Below, in pieces: positions 36,751-51,506 of a stretch of DNA of 64,000 bases (its first letter is position 1; every line of letters begins with the position of its first letter). Source of the DNA: Mobula hypostoma (Eukaryota); assembly GCF_963921235.1 (NCBI RefSeq), contig NC_086097.1, positions 13,206,001-13,270,000 of the forward strand. The letters run 5' to 3'. Position numbers and translations under genes: made by a program. The notes under the pieces are model-generated. The model did not search any database. It had not been told where the DNA came from and saw nothing but the letters and a program-made list of their open reading frames with translations.

Positions 36751-38986
36751 TCTTTGATATGTCGTGGAGAATATATTGACTGGCTGTATCATAGCCTGGT
36801 ATAGAAACGCCAATGCCCACGAATGGAAAATCAAAGATTAAAAGTTCCAAGGTTCATTTTATTGCCAAATTATGTGTAACCCTATCACCGTGGCTCGTAA
36901 CAACATGCTCGTCGGATAACTGGCTAACAGCCACATGACTCAGTGTTTCATGGGTAATGGTGAGCAGACAAGCTTCAATAAGCAACACACGTCTAGGGTC
37001 AATACGATTTGGGTTTAATCAAACAGGAAGGTTGGAATGTTCTGATGAAGGAGCGGAAATTGTGGTCAATGCTGTGTAAGTGCTGATCCATGCAAAGTTA
37101 TTGTTTGCCAGGAAATAACAGACCTTACACAAGCATAAAATTAAGGTGGAGGTGTATTTACAGAAATTCCAGCTTTAACAAACAGTTAATAGAAAAAAAG
37201 AAAAAGCACCAGTACAGTTCAACCATTCTAAATGTGCACATAAACGTTGGAGCTCATTTTTGGCATGGTCAGATGCTTCACTTTGGCTACTCACATGCTG
37301 AAGCCACATTCTGCATAAAAGACACCAGCCACAGTTTGAACTTTCCTTTAAGACCATTTCGAGTGCACTGGCTAACTCAGGAGTATTTGCACTTTCTCCT
37401 TGAAACTTTACATCTGTACAAAGCACTTCTTACAATGATGTCTCTCTTTAGAGCGGCATTCTGTGAGCATTTTCCCTTGTAATCTGCTACACACCACCCT
37501 CAGCTTCCAACCCCTACCAATAAAACTCCAAACCAGAAATCTGATTCCACCCATCTCTCTCGAATGTTCCATGCCATCCACTGGAGAGAACATTACAATA
37601 CCAAGACAAACCCAATTGGCTGACGCAACATTCCTAGGCTGAGAAAATGGCTCCTTATCTCAGCAGAAGCCAAAACACTTGTCTATGAACCTTAACTTAC
37701 AGAACACACTGCATTCACAGAAAACTGCTAAAACAGTATGATAGTAGAAATACAATAAAACTAGTTCTTAACCAGGGCATTGCATATTCATGAAAAATGC
37801 AATTCTTATAATCGTCCTATAAAAAGTAATGGATACAGTACAGTCCATCAAGGGCAAAGCCGTTTCCACTACTGAGCACATCTACATGGAGTGTTGTTGC
37901 AGGAAAGCAGGATCCATCATCAGGAGCCCCCACCACTCAGGACATTCCTCTCTTCCCACTGATACCATCACGAAGAAGGTACAGCAGCCGGACCCACACC
38001 ACCAGGTTTTGGAACAATTATTACCCCTCAATCATCAGGGTCTTGAGCCAAAGGGACAGCCTCACAAACCTCAAATGCCCCATCACTGAAATGTTCCTAT
38101 AACATATAGATTTATTTTCTACGACTCTTCATCTCATGTTCTCAATACCTTTAGCTTATTTATTTATTATCAATATTTCTTTATCTTTGTACTTGCACAG
38201 TTTGTTGTTTTTTGCACGCCCAAACTGGTCTTTCATTGATTCTATTAAGGTTATTGAGTATGCCCACAAGAAAATGAATCTCAGGGTTGCATGTGTATGT
38301 ATTTTGATTTTAAAAATTACTTTAAACTTTGAACTTTGAGAAATTCTTCCTCATCTCTGTTGTAAAGAATCTTCCTTCTTTTCTGAGGCTATAGGAAATA
38401 TCCTTTCCACATCACTCTATTTAGGCCTTCCAATATTATACAGATTTCTGTGAGATCCTCTCTCTAAACTCCAGCCATTACAGGCCCAGAGCCTTTAAAC
38501 GCTGCACGATGTTAACCTATTTACCTATTACTTCTGTGGCAATGTGAAGATTCAGCCTACGACAGTGCTACAACTTGATTTATGACATTGGAGCTGTGCT
38601 TCGGTGCACAGTCATCGCCAAAGGGTGGTGAATCTGTGGAATTCATCGCCACAGAAGGCGGGAGAGGCCACGTCTATTTAATGTAGAGGTTGATAGGTTC
38701 TTGATTTCTAAGGATGTCAAAGATTACAGGGATAAGGCAGGAGAATGGGGTTAAGGGAGATTATTCCATGGTGGAATGGCAAAGCAGACTCAATGGACTA
38801 AATGGCCAAATTCTGTTCTATGTTTTATGGTTATTTCTGAGTTCTTTGTGAAATGCTCTGTGCATTTGCATCTGCAGACTAGGTCTGAACTGATTCACAC
38901 ATTGACACTGATAGTATTAGCGGTCTCTGGTACAGTGCATGGTAAAGCCGCAGGTAATTCTAATACATTATCTGCTGTACTAAAGT

Positions 38987-39292
38987 GGGCACGTGGCCAG
39001 ATGGTTAAGGCATTCGACCAGTGATCTGAAGATCGTGAGTTCAAACCCCAGCCGAGGCAACGTGTTGTGACTTCGAGTAAGGCACTTGGCACTTAATCAC
39101 ACAGTGCTCTGCGGCAACACTGGTGCCAAGCTGTATGAGTCCTAATGCCTTTCCCTTGGACAGCATCAGTGTCGTGGAGAGGGGAGACTTGCAGCATGGA
39201 CAACTGCTGGTCTTCTATACAACCTTGCCCAGGTCTGCGCCCTGGAGAGTGAAGACTTTCCAGGCACAGATCCATGGTCTCGCAAGACTAAA
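38987..39292 (+). mobile_element. tRNA-derived SINE with RTE-type 3' end
   Basis: gggcacgtggccagatggttaagg..gagttcaaaccc; inverted homologue of 32950-33258. Confidence 0.85.
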
Positions 39293-40347
39293 GAAATCTC
39301 TTATCTGCTACTCATTATTAATGTTGTAATGGGCTGGGTTAATCAGACCCAAAAGTCCCAAACCAATTTGAGTGTCCAAGAGATGTGGTAATAAATGTAG
39401 AAGCACAACAAAGTAACTTTAGTCAAATTCATTATCATAAAATAGAAAACACAAATAAAACTCACTAAATAGTATGTAATAAGTTACAAAGACTTCCACT
39501 AAGATTTCATGGCACATGATTCTTAGCCTCCACTTGATTGTTGCCATTGTTGGGGATTTGTTTGTCTCTGTAAGAAGCCAGCCACTATTAACAAACCTAC
39601 AGTGTTTAACTTGTGCAGACACCTTACATGCTGCAAGCTCACAAAGAGCTAAAGTGTCATTTGGAATTGTTCAGACTTACATTGAATATTTTTGCAAAAT
39701 TTAATATACCACAACACAAATGTCCATTCATATTTAAACACTAATTAAACATTACCCATTTACAAAAATACCAATTAAATTCAATTATTGGGGGTGGGTG
39801 TATTTAAATGAGCAAGATAAGAATTGACTTATTCCTGAGGGCAATAGACACGACCTCTTTACATCAACTTTCCATATGAAACCTACTCTCCATTACATTG
39901 ACACAAGAATGTTATCTTATTTTTAATATTTGCTACAGTGTATGTATGATGTTACATAAATTCAAGACATGATTATTCTTGCTGATGATACAAAATATAA
40001 TGCTCTTGCATGAAGAATTTACAAAGATTGACTGAAAAAATCATTTGCAACATCCTGACACAATATTCTATAGCCTAAGAACTTATTTTAAAATGTTCGC
40101 ACTGTTCTGATATACAAAACAAAGATCAATGCTCAGAGTTAATTTATTATCAAAGTATATATACAACCCTGAGATTTATTTTCTTGCAGACATAATAAAT
40201 CCAGTAACCAAAACAGAATTAATGAAAGACCACGCCCACAGGGTGGACAGCCAGTGTGCAAAATAAACAAACTGCAAATGCAAAAATAAAAGAAATAAGA
40301 ATAATAATTATTATTTTCTTATTATTATTATTCATTCTTATTATTTT

Positions 40348-41330
40348 CTTACAACAGTCAGATAAAACTTTTAAGGATATACTTTCATCAACAAAAATAG
40401 GAATCAGCACTCCACGCAAGCATATGCATTTCAAATAAGAAGTATGCATTAAACTAAAATGAGAGCACAACCCAAAAAAATGAAGACTTTATCGCTGTTG
40501 AAGAAAAAGTTAACCTGTGGAAGAGCATGACCCTCCATGGAAGACACCCTCACAACCTGAGCAGACTAGATGTTGACAAGGAACCATCAAACACCTGGCT
40601 CAGATTTGGAGACCTCTTTCCAGAAACAGGAAGGATTCCTTGTGACAATACAGATCCAGGTGGCTAACACAAAAAGTTATCAAAAAATCCATAACAAAAG
40701 GCCAAAAAATTCAAGGTGATAAATGTAGAAAATGACAAGAAAAATTGGCAACAATCTAACACATTACAGGATCCTGTAGCAGTTTAACACAATCTGATTA
40801 CTTACACAGACACAATCAAGTGGCAAACATCATTCTTCAAAATCTTGCTTTAAGATACAAACTCATAAATTAAATCACACCTTACTATAAATACAAGCCA
40901 GATCCAGTTTTAGAGTCAGAATACCACAAACTATAGTATGCCAATCAGACATTACGGATAGGACAATCCATAATAACTGTCCAGATATAATAATATGGAG
41001 TAAACAAGCAAGAACAACTTATTTAATAGATATAGCCATTCCAGACACACATTACTTACAGAAATCAAAAGTGAAAAACACCAAAAATATGATGAGTTAA
41101 AAGAGGAAATTGAAAGACTTTGGAACATGAACAAGGTACACATTGTCCCGATAGTAATATCTACAACTGGTATCATCCCAAAGGCAGAACACAACAGCAT
41201 TAAGCAATTAGAGCTACACAGTAATATCTTCAGAAAGCCACAATACTAATCACAGCTAGAATAGTCTGGAAGTTCCTAGCAATAGACAAATAAGTGTGCT
41301 TTGCTATGCCTGTACCTCAGGCTTTATTCA
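40348..41330 (+). mobile_element. Second R4/Dong-clade LINE 3' fragment
   Basis: Colinear with about 31955-32930 (tctgattacttacacag.cacaatcaagtggcaaac; aaatacaagcc.gatcca.ttttagagtcaga). Confidence 0.8.
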
Positions 41331-42751
41331 TGTTATTTTTTTTTGTATAATATAACAATAAAAAGATTTGAAAAGAAAGAAAGAAAACAAATCTAACTGG
41401 TCAAAAAAAATTGTTAAGGAAACAGCAATGAAGAATCCTTCTTTATCTGTGCGCAACGATATGGACAGACAGAGATGGAGGACCTACATTGTTGCCATAA
41501 ACGTCAGCGGCATAATTGGCTGTCAGTAAGTGCATCCATTTAAATTGCTGGTAGTTCCTTGGACGCATCACCAGATGTACTTGGCATGTTAGGGACAGAA
41601 TCCACCAGCTCCCTTAACTTGATCTCCAGACCTTCAGTGATTGTGATGAACTCCTTGAATCTCTCTGCTTTCACACTTCAAGATCAGATTCAGGTTTATT
41701 ATCATCCGGCACATGACGTGAAATCTGTTAACTGCTATAACATAGTTCTTCAAAGCCAGTATCAGAATAAGAATCAGGTTTAATATGCCACACTTGACAT
41801 CGGCCAAGTTTAGGACGGCACTGTAGCATAGTGGCTATCGCAACTCTTTACAGTATTAGCAATACAGGTTCAATTCCCACCACTGCCTGTAAGGCGTTTG
41901 TATGTTCTCCCTGTGACTGCCTGGATTTCATTCAGGGGCTCCAGCTTCTGCCCACAGTCCAAAGATGTATCGGTTGGTAAGTTAATTCGTCAGTGTAAAT
42001 TGTCCCGTGGTCAGGCGAGGATAAAACCAGGGGATTGCTGGTTGGTGCAGCTCAAAGAGCCAGAAGGGTCTATTCCATGCAGTAACTCAATCAATAAATA
42101 AATATCATGAGCATATGTAATAAAATTTGTTGTTTTCCAACAACAGTACAGTGTAATACATATGCATAAGTAGTGCAAAAAGAAATTAAAATAGTGAGGT
42201 AATGTACATGGATGCATCGTACAGGTATTTATTTTTTAGCATGCCGATATAAAGTGTTGCCATGGTTCCTGTGTCTGGTTATAGGTGCAGGGTTGGCACC
42301 AACTTAAGTGCCCACAAGGGTGACATTACAAGGCAGCAGATTTTTTTTTTTAAAAAGCAGATACTTAAAACCTGAAATAAAAACAGAAAATGCTAGAAAT
42401 ACTTCATAGGTGTTGTCATAAATGTGGAAAGAGAAAGAGTTAACAGGACCTTCATCAGGATTGAAAATGAAAGGAAACAATCTAGTTTCAACAGCAGAGG
42501 AGGTGTGCAATAGATAGGTTGAACAAAGGGAATATCTTTGTTAGGGTGAAGCCAAATGAGATAATGAAGCAGTAAGGATAGCAGATTATGCTTTCTGTCT
42601 CTGTAAAGTATTGTCAATAGTAAGGTTATAGGTCATGACCAGCAGGACGGACCAATTAAATTGTAAAAGAGAAACGGAACCAAAATTATGACTGTCAGAA
42701 ATGGCCAATTCTCATACTGAAAAATAGAAAGAGTTATATAAAGTTGCAGAA

Positions 42752-42968
42752 AGAAGAAGAAGAAAGCCCTTAACTCCGAGTGGAGTCATCAGGACGCCGT
42801 CATTGACGGCGTTTTTTAGCAGGATTTCTTATTTTTACGAGGCCGAGTTGCTAGCTCGACGCTCAACCCAGCTCGGATGGAAAGCGTGCAAGGGAGCCAG
42901 CTGGATTCCAATTCGGGAGCCTTCGCTCCGAAGTCTGGCGCTAATGTCACTATGCCACCGCCGGCCAT
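42752..42968 (-). mobile_element. tRNA-like-head SINE with (ctt)n tail
   Basis: Minus head ggccggcggtggcatagtg..; tail cttcttcttct; CpG-rich. Confidence 0.6.
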
Positions 42969-44719
42969 AAATTTGGAGAATTCAGTATTAAATTTTTAAC
43001 GATACCATATATCCCAGAAAGAATTTCTTCATCTAGAGGGTGGTGATTCTGTGGAATTTATTGCCATAGGTGACTGTGGGGGCCAAGTAATTGGGTATAT
43101 TTAAAGTGGAGATTGATAGGTTCTTAATTAATAAGAGAATCCAAGGCAACAGGAAGAAGCCGGGAGAAAGGGGTTAAGAGTGAAAATAAATCAGTCACAA
43201 TCGAATAGTGAGGAGGATTTGATGGGTCAAATGGCCTAATTCTACTCCTATGTCTTATAGAGGCCACACATATATAAGATGAGGTGATGAATTATGGTGG
43301 CAGGCAACTAGATCCTCAGTGTCACTCCTGCAGGCTGAGGACAGGTCCACAAAGGAAGCACCAAATCTTCCAAAAAGCAGACCAGTGAGACATCCCGAAA
43401 GAGGGATGGAGACGGAGAAACGTGTCTGGTGTCAATAAGCTCTTCCATTTCCACTTACCACTCCCTGTTTCTGATGTGACCTCAGGAGACACAATACCTG
43501 TCCTTTCACCTCTCCACATCTCACATGTAGATACCCAAATAGTGGCTCTGGGAGAAGCAGTAATTCACCTGAACTTCTTCCAATCTCATACTCTGCACTT
43601 GCAGAATACATGTAGTCTGTTCCCAATCCTAATATTCCAGTTTTCCACTTGGCTGGTACCCTAATTCAATTTCCCATTCCCACTCTGGCTCTTCTGTCTA
43701 TGCAACCTCATATTATTACAATGAGGTCACCAGGTTCAGGAACAGTTACTACCCCTCAGCCATTAGGTTCTTGAATAAATGGGGATAACTACACTCACTT
43801 GCCACATCATTAAAATATTCCCACAACCAATGATCTCACTTTAAGGACTCTTCATCTTGTTATTTCATGTTCTTGTTATTGATTGCTAATTATTTATATT
43901 TGCACTTGCACAGTTTGTTGCCTTCTGCACTCTGGTTGATCGTTCATTGATCCTGTTAAAGTTACTATTCTACAGATTTGCTGAGTATGGCAGCAGAAAA
44001 ATGAGTCTCATGGTTGTATATGGTGACATTGATGTACTCTGGTAATGAATTTTACTTTGAGCTTTGAACTTTTGAAAAGCAAGATACAACAGCACACTAA
44101 GATCTGGAGGAACCCAACGGGTCAGGCAGCATTTATGGAGGGTAAAGGACAGTCAATGTCTCAAGTCAAGGTTCTTCAACCGTACTGAAAGATTGAAGGG
44201 AGAATTCCAGTATAGAAAGGGAATGATGTACGAAGCTGGAAAGTAATAGGTGGAAATGACAAAGTGCTGAAGCTGATGTGATTAAAGCCACCAGTTAAGA
44301 TTGGAATCAGTAAAGACGAGAATGGAAGGCAAGAGGGTGTTCAGCATCATCTGCCTATGTTTGACCAGTCTCTCATTCACCATTGCATGAGGAAGCTGCA
44401 GAAGTCCTGGGTCTTGAAAAGGTTTGGTCAGCATGGTTTGTGGATTGCACTTGTTTATAGAGGACTCTGCAGCTTATGTTATATGTGTTTTTCATTACTT
44501 TTTTTCTAATTGCTATTTTGCACATTTTTCATTTGGGTGGACTTGCTCTGTGGTCTGCAGTCAATGAATGACAAAACCTGAAACTGAATTGAACTGAACT
44601 ACCCTGAATGCTCCTGGACTGTTTCAAGGACTCTGTTAAATTTTCTCTGTGTTATTCACTTGTTTTTTGCCATTAGCATGATTTGTTTTTTGCATGTTGG
44701 GTGCTTAATGTTTCTTTGA

Positions 44720-45400
44720 GCAGGTGATAAGTGAAATTTGGAGGGGGAGGGGTGAAGCAAAGAGCAAGGAAGTTGATCGGTGAAAGAGACAGAAGGCAAT
44801 GGAAGAAAGTTAAAAGGGGGAGGAGTGCCAGACGGAGGTGATGCGAGGGCAAGGAGATAGGTGAGGGAGGGAAAAGGGGATGAGAAATAGTGAAGGGGAG
44901 GTGGGGTGGGAGCATTATTGGAAGTTTGAGAAATCAATGTTCATGCCATCTGGTTGGAGGCTACCCAGATGGAATATAAGGTGTTGTTTCTCCAAACTAA
45001 TTGTGGCCTCATCATGACAGTGGAAGAGGCCATGGATGGACATATTGGAATGGGAATGGGAAGTGGAATTAAAATGGGTGGCCACTGGGAGATCCCGCTT
45101 ATCTTGGCAGACGGAACATAGGTGCCCAATCTACGTCTCACCGATATACAGGAGGTGACACTGGGAGCATTGAACACAGTAAATGACCCCAACAGTCTCA
45201 CATATGATCTTTCTCTCTTCGCTCCCCCCACCTCTTAAAGGTACTCCTCAGCTTTTTTTCTCCAGTCCTGCCGAAGGGTTTCGGCCCGAAACATCGACCG
45301 TAATTTTTTCCATGGATGCTGCCTGGCCTGCTGAGTTCCTCCAGCACTTTGTGTGTGTTGCTCAGATTTCCAGAATCTGCAGATTTTCTCTTGTTTGGAT
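44720..45400 (-). mobile_element. Penelope-like fragment (GIY-YIG region, minus) joined to an inverted terminus (plus, about 45205-45400)
   Basis: Homologous to 62470-63150; hammerhead remnant agtcctgccgaagggtttcggcccgaaacatcgac near 45264. Confidence 0.75.
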
Positions 45401-46173
45401 TTACTGAGTGTCTTCAAGGAAAGGGGAAAGAATGATGGAGTTTTAGGGATGGAATTCCATGGGCCTAGGCCAGTTGGAGAAACAAAAGTCATTGGTGGAG
45501 AAAAGAAATTAAAGATGGATGAAATGTGTTTGGCACTGAAAAGATCAACTGAAGAATACCACTAAACTATTTGGAAAATAAATGAGAATTATAGATTAGG
45601 AATTGGATGACTCTGCCACAGCACCTTTTTCTGTCTCTGACAAAGTAGTGGTTCAACCCCAAGATTGATGTGATACAGGAATGAGAGAGAAATACTCCAA
45701 AATGACAGTCAGTGCTAAAGAGAACTGGAAATTCAACAAGTTCCGCTATTAAACACAATGAAATAGGTTATTGAATTGTACGTTTCTTATTTCTCCTGTA
45801 GTTCAGAAATGTTGGCCTTAAATTTTTAAGACTTGAAACCAAATGATATGCTCGCTCAGCTTTCAAAAGGCACACAGCTTCTCTCAAATATTTGCTCTGT
45901 AATTTTCAAATATTTGTTGCTGCAGCAAATGGGGAAATAGTGGTAGACTTCATCCAAAAATATTTCACAAAACACTGTGAAATATTTCATAGATCTGTAG
46001 CAACCTTACTTACACCTTAATCCAATATGTAACTCATCCTAGGGCTGTCTCACTTGCTGGCAAGGTTCAAGTAAGAGTTCTCTCCATTTATGCCATTGAA
46101 GAGCTTGAGTTTTGTCTACAGAACATGGCTTGTTCAGGTGAACGTGGACGAAGTATGAGAAGGATTCCAGACA

Positions 46174-46793
46174 CACTCAGTGGCCTCTTTATTTGGTCCA
46201 GAAGTAGGCAGTATACAAAGTGGAGGGAAGGGGCGGAGAAAGAGATAGTAACTGAGGAGAGGGATATGCAATGAGGGAGAGAGGAGAGTGGGAACAGGAG
46301 TTGAACCTGACGTGGTCCTCTGCTGCTGCAGCGTATCAGCTTCAAGGTTCAACATGGTCTGTGTTTAGAAATACTCCTCTGCAGACCATTGTTGTGAAGC
46401 GTGGTTATTTGAGCTACTGTTGCCTTACTGTCAAGTTGTACCAGTCTGAGCATTCTCCTCTGACTCTCGTATTAACTAGGCATTTTCACACACACAACTG
46501 CCACTCGCTGGATTATTTTTTTGTGCGTTTCACCCCGTTCTCTGTAAATTCCAGAGATTGTTGTGCGCAGAAATACCAGGCAATCAGAACTACCCCTTCA
46601 GATACCAACAATCATTCCATGGTGAAATCACTTAGAGCACATCTCTTCCCCATTCTCATGTTTGGTCTGCACAAAAACCAAACCTCCTGAACATGCATGC
46701 ATGCTTTTAGTTGCTACCACAGGATTAGGCCGAATAGATAATTTCATTAAAGAGCAGGTGTGCAGACGTACCTAATAAAGTGGCCACCGACTG
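46174..46793. mobile_element. Non-autonomous Tc1/mariner-type element
   Basis: TIRs cactcagtggcctctttatttggt / acctaataaagtggccaccgactg followed by TA. Confidence 0.75.
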
Positions 46794-47629
46794 TATATGT
46801 AACAGTATTTCACAGGGATGATAATGAACCCGTCATAAAGGACCAGGCATATGTGACCTATGTTGAACTACAGCCGGCTCCACTGAAGAGTTGTAGAAGC
46901 AACAGATCCTCTTCCATCTGGGCAGCCTCCAATTGATGGCATGAACATCTGTTCATTTCTCCCACCTCCCTCCTTCTGTCTTTCTCCATGCCTCACTCTG
47001 GTTCCCCTTCTGTTTTCCTCACCTGCCCATCGCCTCTCTCCAGTTCTCCCCTTTCTTCCCTTCTTCCATGGTCCACTGATCTCTCCTGTTAAATTCCTTC
47101 TTCTTCAACTCTGAAAATCTCTTCCACCTATCAGCTCCCAGCTTCTTACTTCAACTGGTCTCTCCTATCACATTCCTGCTTCTACTCTTTACCCTACCCC
47201 AGCTTCTTATTCTGGCTTCTGGCCTCATCCTTTTCTCTCCTGATGAATGGGCTCAACCCGAAACATAGACTGTTTATTCACTACCTGACCTGCTGAGCTC
47301 CTCCAGCATTTTGTGTTTGTTGAGGTGTGAAAGGATGCTTTTTATTACATTCAAGTTCAAGTTTACTGTCATGTGCATACAATACCTGGAGTAAAAATGC
47401 CATGAAAGTGAGGCTTTTGCTGCAACAGCAGCACTGTGCGGTATAAACATGATACGCATACGTTATACAGAACTTACATGACACAAGTTGAGGGAATTAT
47501 AGTCTAAGATTGAGTAGGGGTAAAGCTATTGTTGAGTCTTGAGGTGTGGCTCCTTAGGCTCCTCTACCTCCTGCCTGATGAGAGTAATGAAGCATGCATG
47601 GCCTCCTTCCTGAGACTTTATCTCTTGTC

Positions 47630-48090
47630 TTGAGGAGCATCACCTTATCTTCCATCTGGGTAGCCTTCAACTCGATGGCATGAATAACAATTTCTCCTTT
47701 TGGTAAAAATATTTTTTTCTCCCTATCCCTTCTTCTTTTATTCCTTTCTCTGCTCTATTACCCTTTCTCACCTGATTCTCACCTCCCCTTGGGGACCCTC
47801 CTCCTTCCCTTTCTCCTATGGTCCACACTCCTCTCCTATCAGACTTTATCTTCTCCAGCCCTTTACCTTTACCACCCACCCGGCTTCACCTATCACCTTC
47901 TAGCAAGCCTCCTTCCCCTTCCACTACCTTTTTATTCTGGCGCCTTCCCCCTTTCTTTCCAGTCCTGAAGAAATGTCTCAGCCTGAATCATCAACTGTTC
48001 GTTCATTTCCAAATGTGCTGCCTAAACTGCTGAGTTCCTTCAGCATTTTGTGTGTATTGCTTCGGATTTCCAGCACCTGCAGAATCTCTA
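47630..48090 (+). mobile_element. Penelope-like 3' fragment (another at about 46880-47320)
   Basis: gagcatcaccttatcttccatctgggtagcc, CT-rich body, decayed hammerhead near 47961, terminus tttccagcacctgcagaatct. Confidence 0.75.
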
Positions 48091-49133
48091 GTGTTCATCA
48101 CTGCCTCTTATTGATGCCCATGATGATAGGGAGAGCTGTAGCTATGATGGAAATGAATGAGCCTACCAGTCACTGGAACCTCTTACATTTATGTGCATTG
48201 CAGTTCCCGATTATCTCTAAAATTGAAATTAGCCAAAAGATCACGCTGGAACTCTGGTAAGTCCAGTAAACCAGTGCTGTACTTCCAGAGGAAGGGTCCG
48301 GCTGTAATTCCACTAAAGATATCCCTTTAGTCAATTCTTATTGATCAAGATTGGCAATCTGTTAGCAACTTGTGAAATCCTTCCTATTCAGCTTTCCAAA
48401 ATTTAATCTAGACCACAAATGTGCTCAAGAGTCAGAAACTCATTTATTTATTCATTGAGATACAGTACGGAATAGGACCTTCCAGTCCTTCAAACTGTGC
48501 CACTCTGTAATCCCCAATTTAGTCTGTGGGAGGAAAGTGGAGCATCTGGAGGAAATCTATGCGGTCATGGGAAGAACGTACAAACTCCTTATGGGCAGCG
48601 GTAGGAATTGAACCCAGGTTGCTTTTACTGTAAAGCGTTGTGCTAACCTCTATGCTACCATGCCGCCCAATAGAACACTACAGCACAGAAACAGGCCCTT
48701 TGGCCCATCTAGTCCATACTGAACTATTAATCTGCTTCGTCCAGTTGACCTGCACCTTGACCACAGTTCTCCAATAGAGTCATAGAAAATTACACCCACA
48801 AAACAGGCCCTTAGGCCCAACTAGTCCGCAACAAACTACCAAGCTGCCTCGTCCTGTTGATCTGCACCTGGACCATAGCTCCAATAGAATCATAGAACAC
48901 TTAATCACAGAAAAAGGCATTTCTGCCCAACTACCTAAATATCAGGCAAGTTCAGAAGATGATAGAATCACTGATGAGACCACACTTGGAGTAATGTGTG
49001 TTGTTCTGGTCACCCTGCTACAGGAAGGATGTGAATAGACAGGGAAGTTTTAGAAAGAAATTGATCAGGATGTTGCAGGGATGTTGCTTCAGTTATAAAG
49101 AGAGATTCGTCAGGAAGGACCATTTCTTTAGAG

Positions 49134-49213
49134 CAGGGTTTCCTAACCTGGGGTCCACGGACTGCTTGCTTAAAGGTATTGGTCCATGGCATTAAAAATG
49201 TTGGGAACCCCTG
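49134..49213. mobile_element. hAT-type MITE inside CR1 (duplicate at 53091-53170; inverted relative at about 59161-59239)
   Basis: TIRs cagggtttcctaac / gttgggaacccctg; TSD ctttagag at 49126-49133 and 49214-49221. Confidence 0.88.
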
Positions 49214-51506
49214 CTTTAGAGTGAAAGAAGCTGACATTTTCTAGAGGTTTATAAAACAATAAGGGACATAAGGTAGATCTTCACAGTCCATTTGCCAGAG
49301 TAGAGTAGAGAGTCAGTCTTTTTCCCAGAGTAGAGTAGATCATCACAACCTTTCTTAGACTAGGGGACATTAGTTTAAGGTGAGAAGGGAAAGGGGGTGT
49401 GAAGACCAAAAGAAAATAAGACCATAAGATATGGGAGCAGAATTAGGCCATTTGGCTCATTGAGTCTGTGCCACCATTTCATCATGGCTGATCCATTTTC
49501 CCTTTCAGCCCTGATCTCCTGCCTTCTCTCCATATCCCTTCATGCCCTGACTAATCAAAACTCTATCAACCTCTGCCTTAAATATACCCAATGAATTGGC
49601 TCCACAACAATCTGTGGCAATGAATTCCACAGATTCACCACCCTCTGGGTGAAGTGCAAGTTTTTACACGCAAGAGGGAGGTAGGTATGTGAAATGAGCT
49701 GCCAGTGCAGTTGGGAGAGACAGATATAATTACAGTGTTTAAAAGCATTTAGACAGCTATGTGGATGGAAAGGGTTTAGACGATAGGGTTAGGCCAAATC
49801 CAGGCAAATGGGATTATTTAGACGGGTATTTTGCTTGGCATGTTCAAATTGGGCCAAAGGGCCTGTTTGCATTCTGTACAAATCTATGACAATGGCCTCC
49901 ATGGAAATAGATCACAGCTTGAAATTGAATTATGATGTTCAGAGTGAAGTGCAATCACGAAGAAAGCATGGCAGCACCTCAACTTCCTGACGAGTTTGTG
50001 AAGATTCGGCATGACATCTAAAACTTTGACCAACTTCTATAGATGTGTAGTGGAGTGTATATGGATTGGCTGTATCACAGCTTGGTACAGAAATGCAATG
50101 TCCTTGAACAGAATATCCTACAAAAAGTAGTGGATGCAGCCCAATCCATCATGTGTAAAGCCCTTCCACCTTTAAACACACCTACACGAAACACCATCAC
50201 AGGAAAGCATTCAAATTTCAGGGACCCCTACCACTTAGGACATACTCTCTTCTCACTGTTGCAATGAGGAAGAGGTACAGGAGCCTCAGGACCCACACCA
50301 CCAGGTTCTGAAACGGTTATTAGCCCTCAACCATCAGGCTCTTGAACCACAAGGGATATCTTCCCCTGTCCCATCATTAAATTGTTCCACAGGCAATGGA
50401 CTCACTTTCAAGGACTCTTCATCTCACTTTCTAGATATTTATTGCTTATTTATTTATTACTATTATTTTTTTCATCTTGTATTTGCACAGTTTGTTGTCT
50501 TTTGCATATTGGTTGAATGTCAGGTTGGTGTGGTCTTGCACTGATTGTGTTATGGTTATTATTCTGTGGATTTATTGAGTATGCCAGCAAGAAAATGAAT
50601 CTCAGGGTTGTGTATGGTGACATATATGTAGTTTGATAATAAAGTTACTTTGAACATTCAAGAGGACAACAGGACGGTTGGATCTACTCATCCTTAATCT
50701 GTGGTTTGTTGTAGTCAACCCAACCAATGTTTATTTAGGATCAAGATTTGTAATGTTTGGTTGAGATAAAAGGCAATGATAATTTCATATTTGAAAATCA
50801 ATAAAATGTTTAAAAATGCAATGCTGCAAGTCTAAAATAAGAACAGAAATGATTCAGAATACTCAACAGGTCAATTCACATCTATGAGAAGAGAATCAGA
50901 GTGAAGACTTAAGATCCTTCCTCAGAACAGGGAAGGAGCTTTGACTTTCTACTTCTGATGAAGGATCTTCAACTTAAAACATTGACTCCATTTTCTTTCC
51001 TACAAATCCGACCTGATCTGCTCAATATTTCCAGAAGTTATTGTTTTTATGCGACATTTTTAACATATCTGCACAGGAGGACGCAAATATCGAGCGAGTG
51101 GGTAAAGATTTAACAGTCGGCGTATAATGTGGGAAGATGTGAGATTATCCACAAGAAAGAAGAATATTGTTTAGGTGAATAAACCAAGGAATGCTGGTGT
51201 ACGAAGAGTTCTGGGTGCCTTCACAGAACTTTAACACACAGTAAATCAGAGAAAGAAGAGTACTGTAGAATGTTCGCCTTTATTGCAAAGGGATGGGTGT
51301 ATATGCAAATAAATCTTCTTAGATATATAGAATGCTGATGGGACCACACGAGGAGTATTTTGCATACAGAATTGCTGCTGTACAGCAATCACAATAAATC
51401 TGTCTTTCTGTGCAGGAATTATTAAATATATCCAAGTACATAAATCTGTATGCCTCAATATGTGGAATTATTAAAAGTGGCTCAAACAACTTTTACATTA
51501 TGAATA

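Noticed and set aside
32950..39292. tRNA genes at 33190-33258 and 38987-39055
   Set aside because: tRNA-like heads run into a shared SINE body and tail, with no oligo-T terminator.
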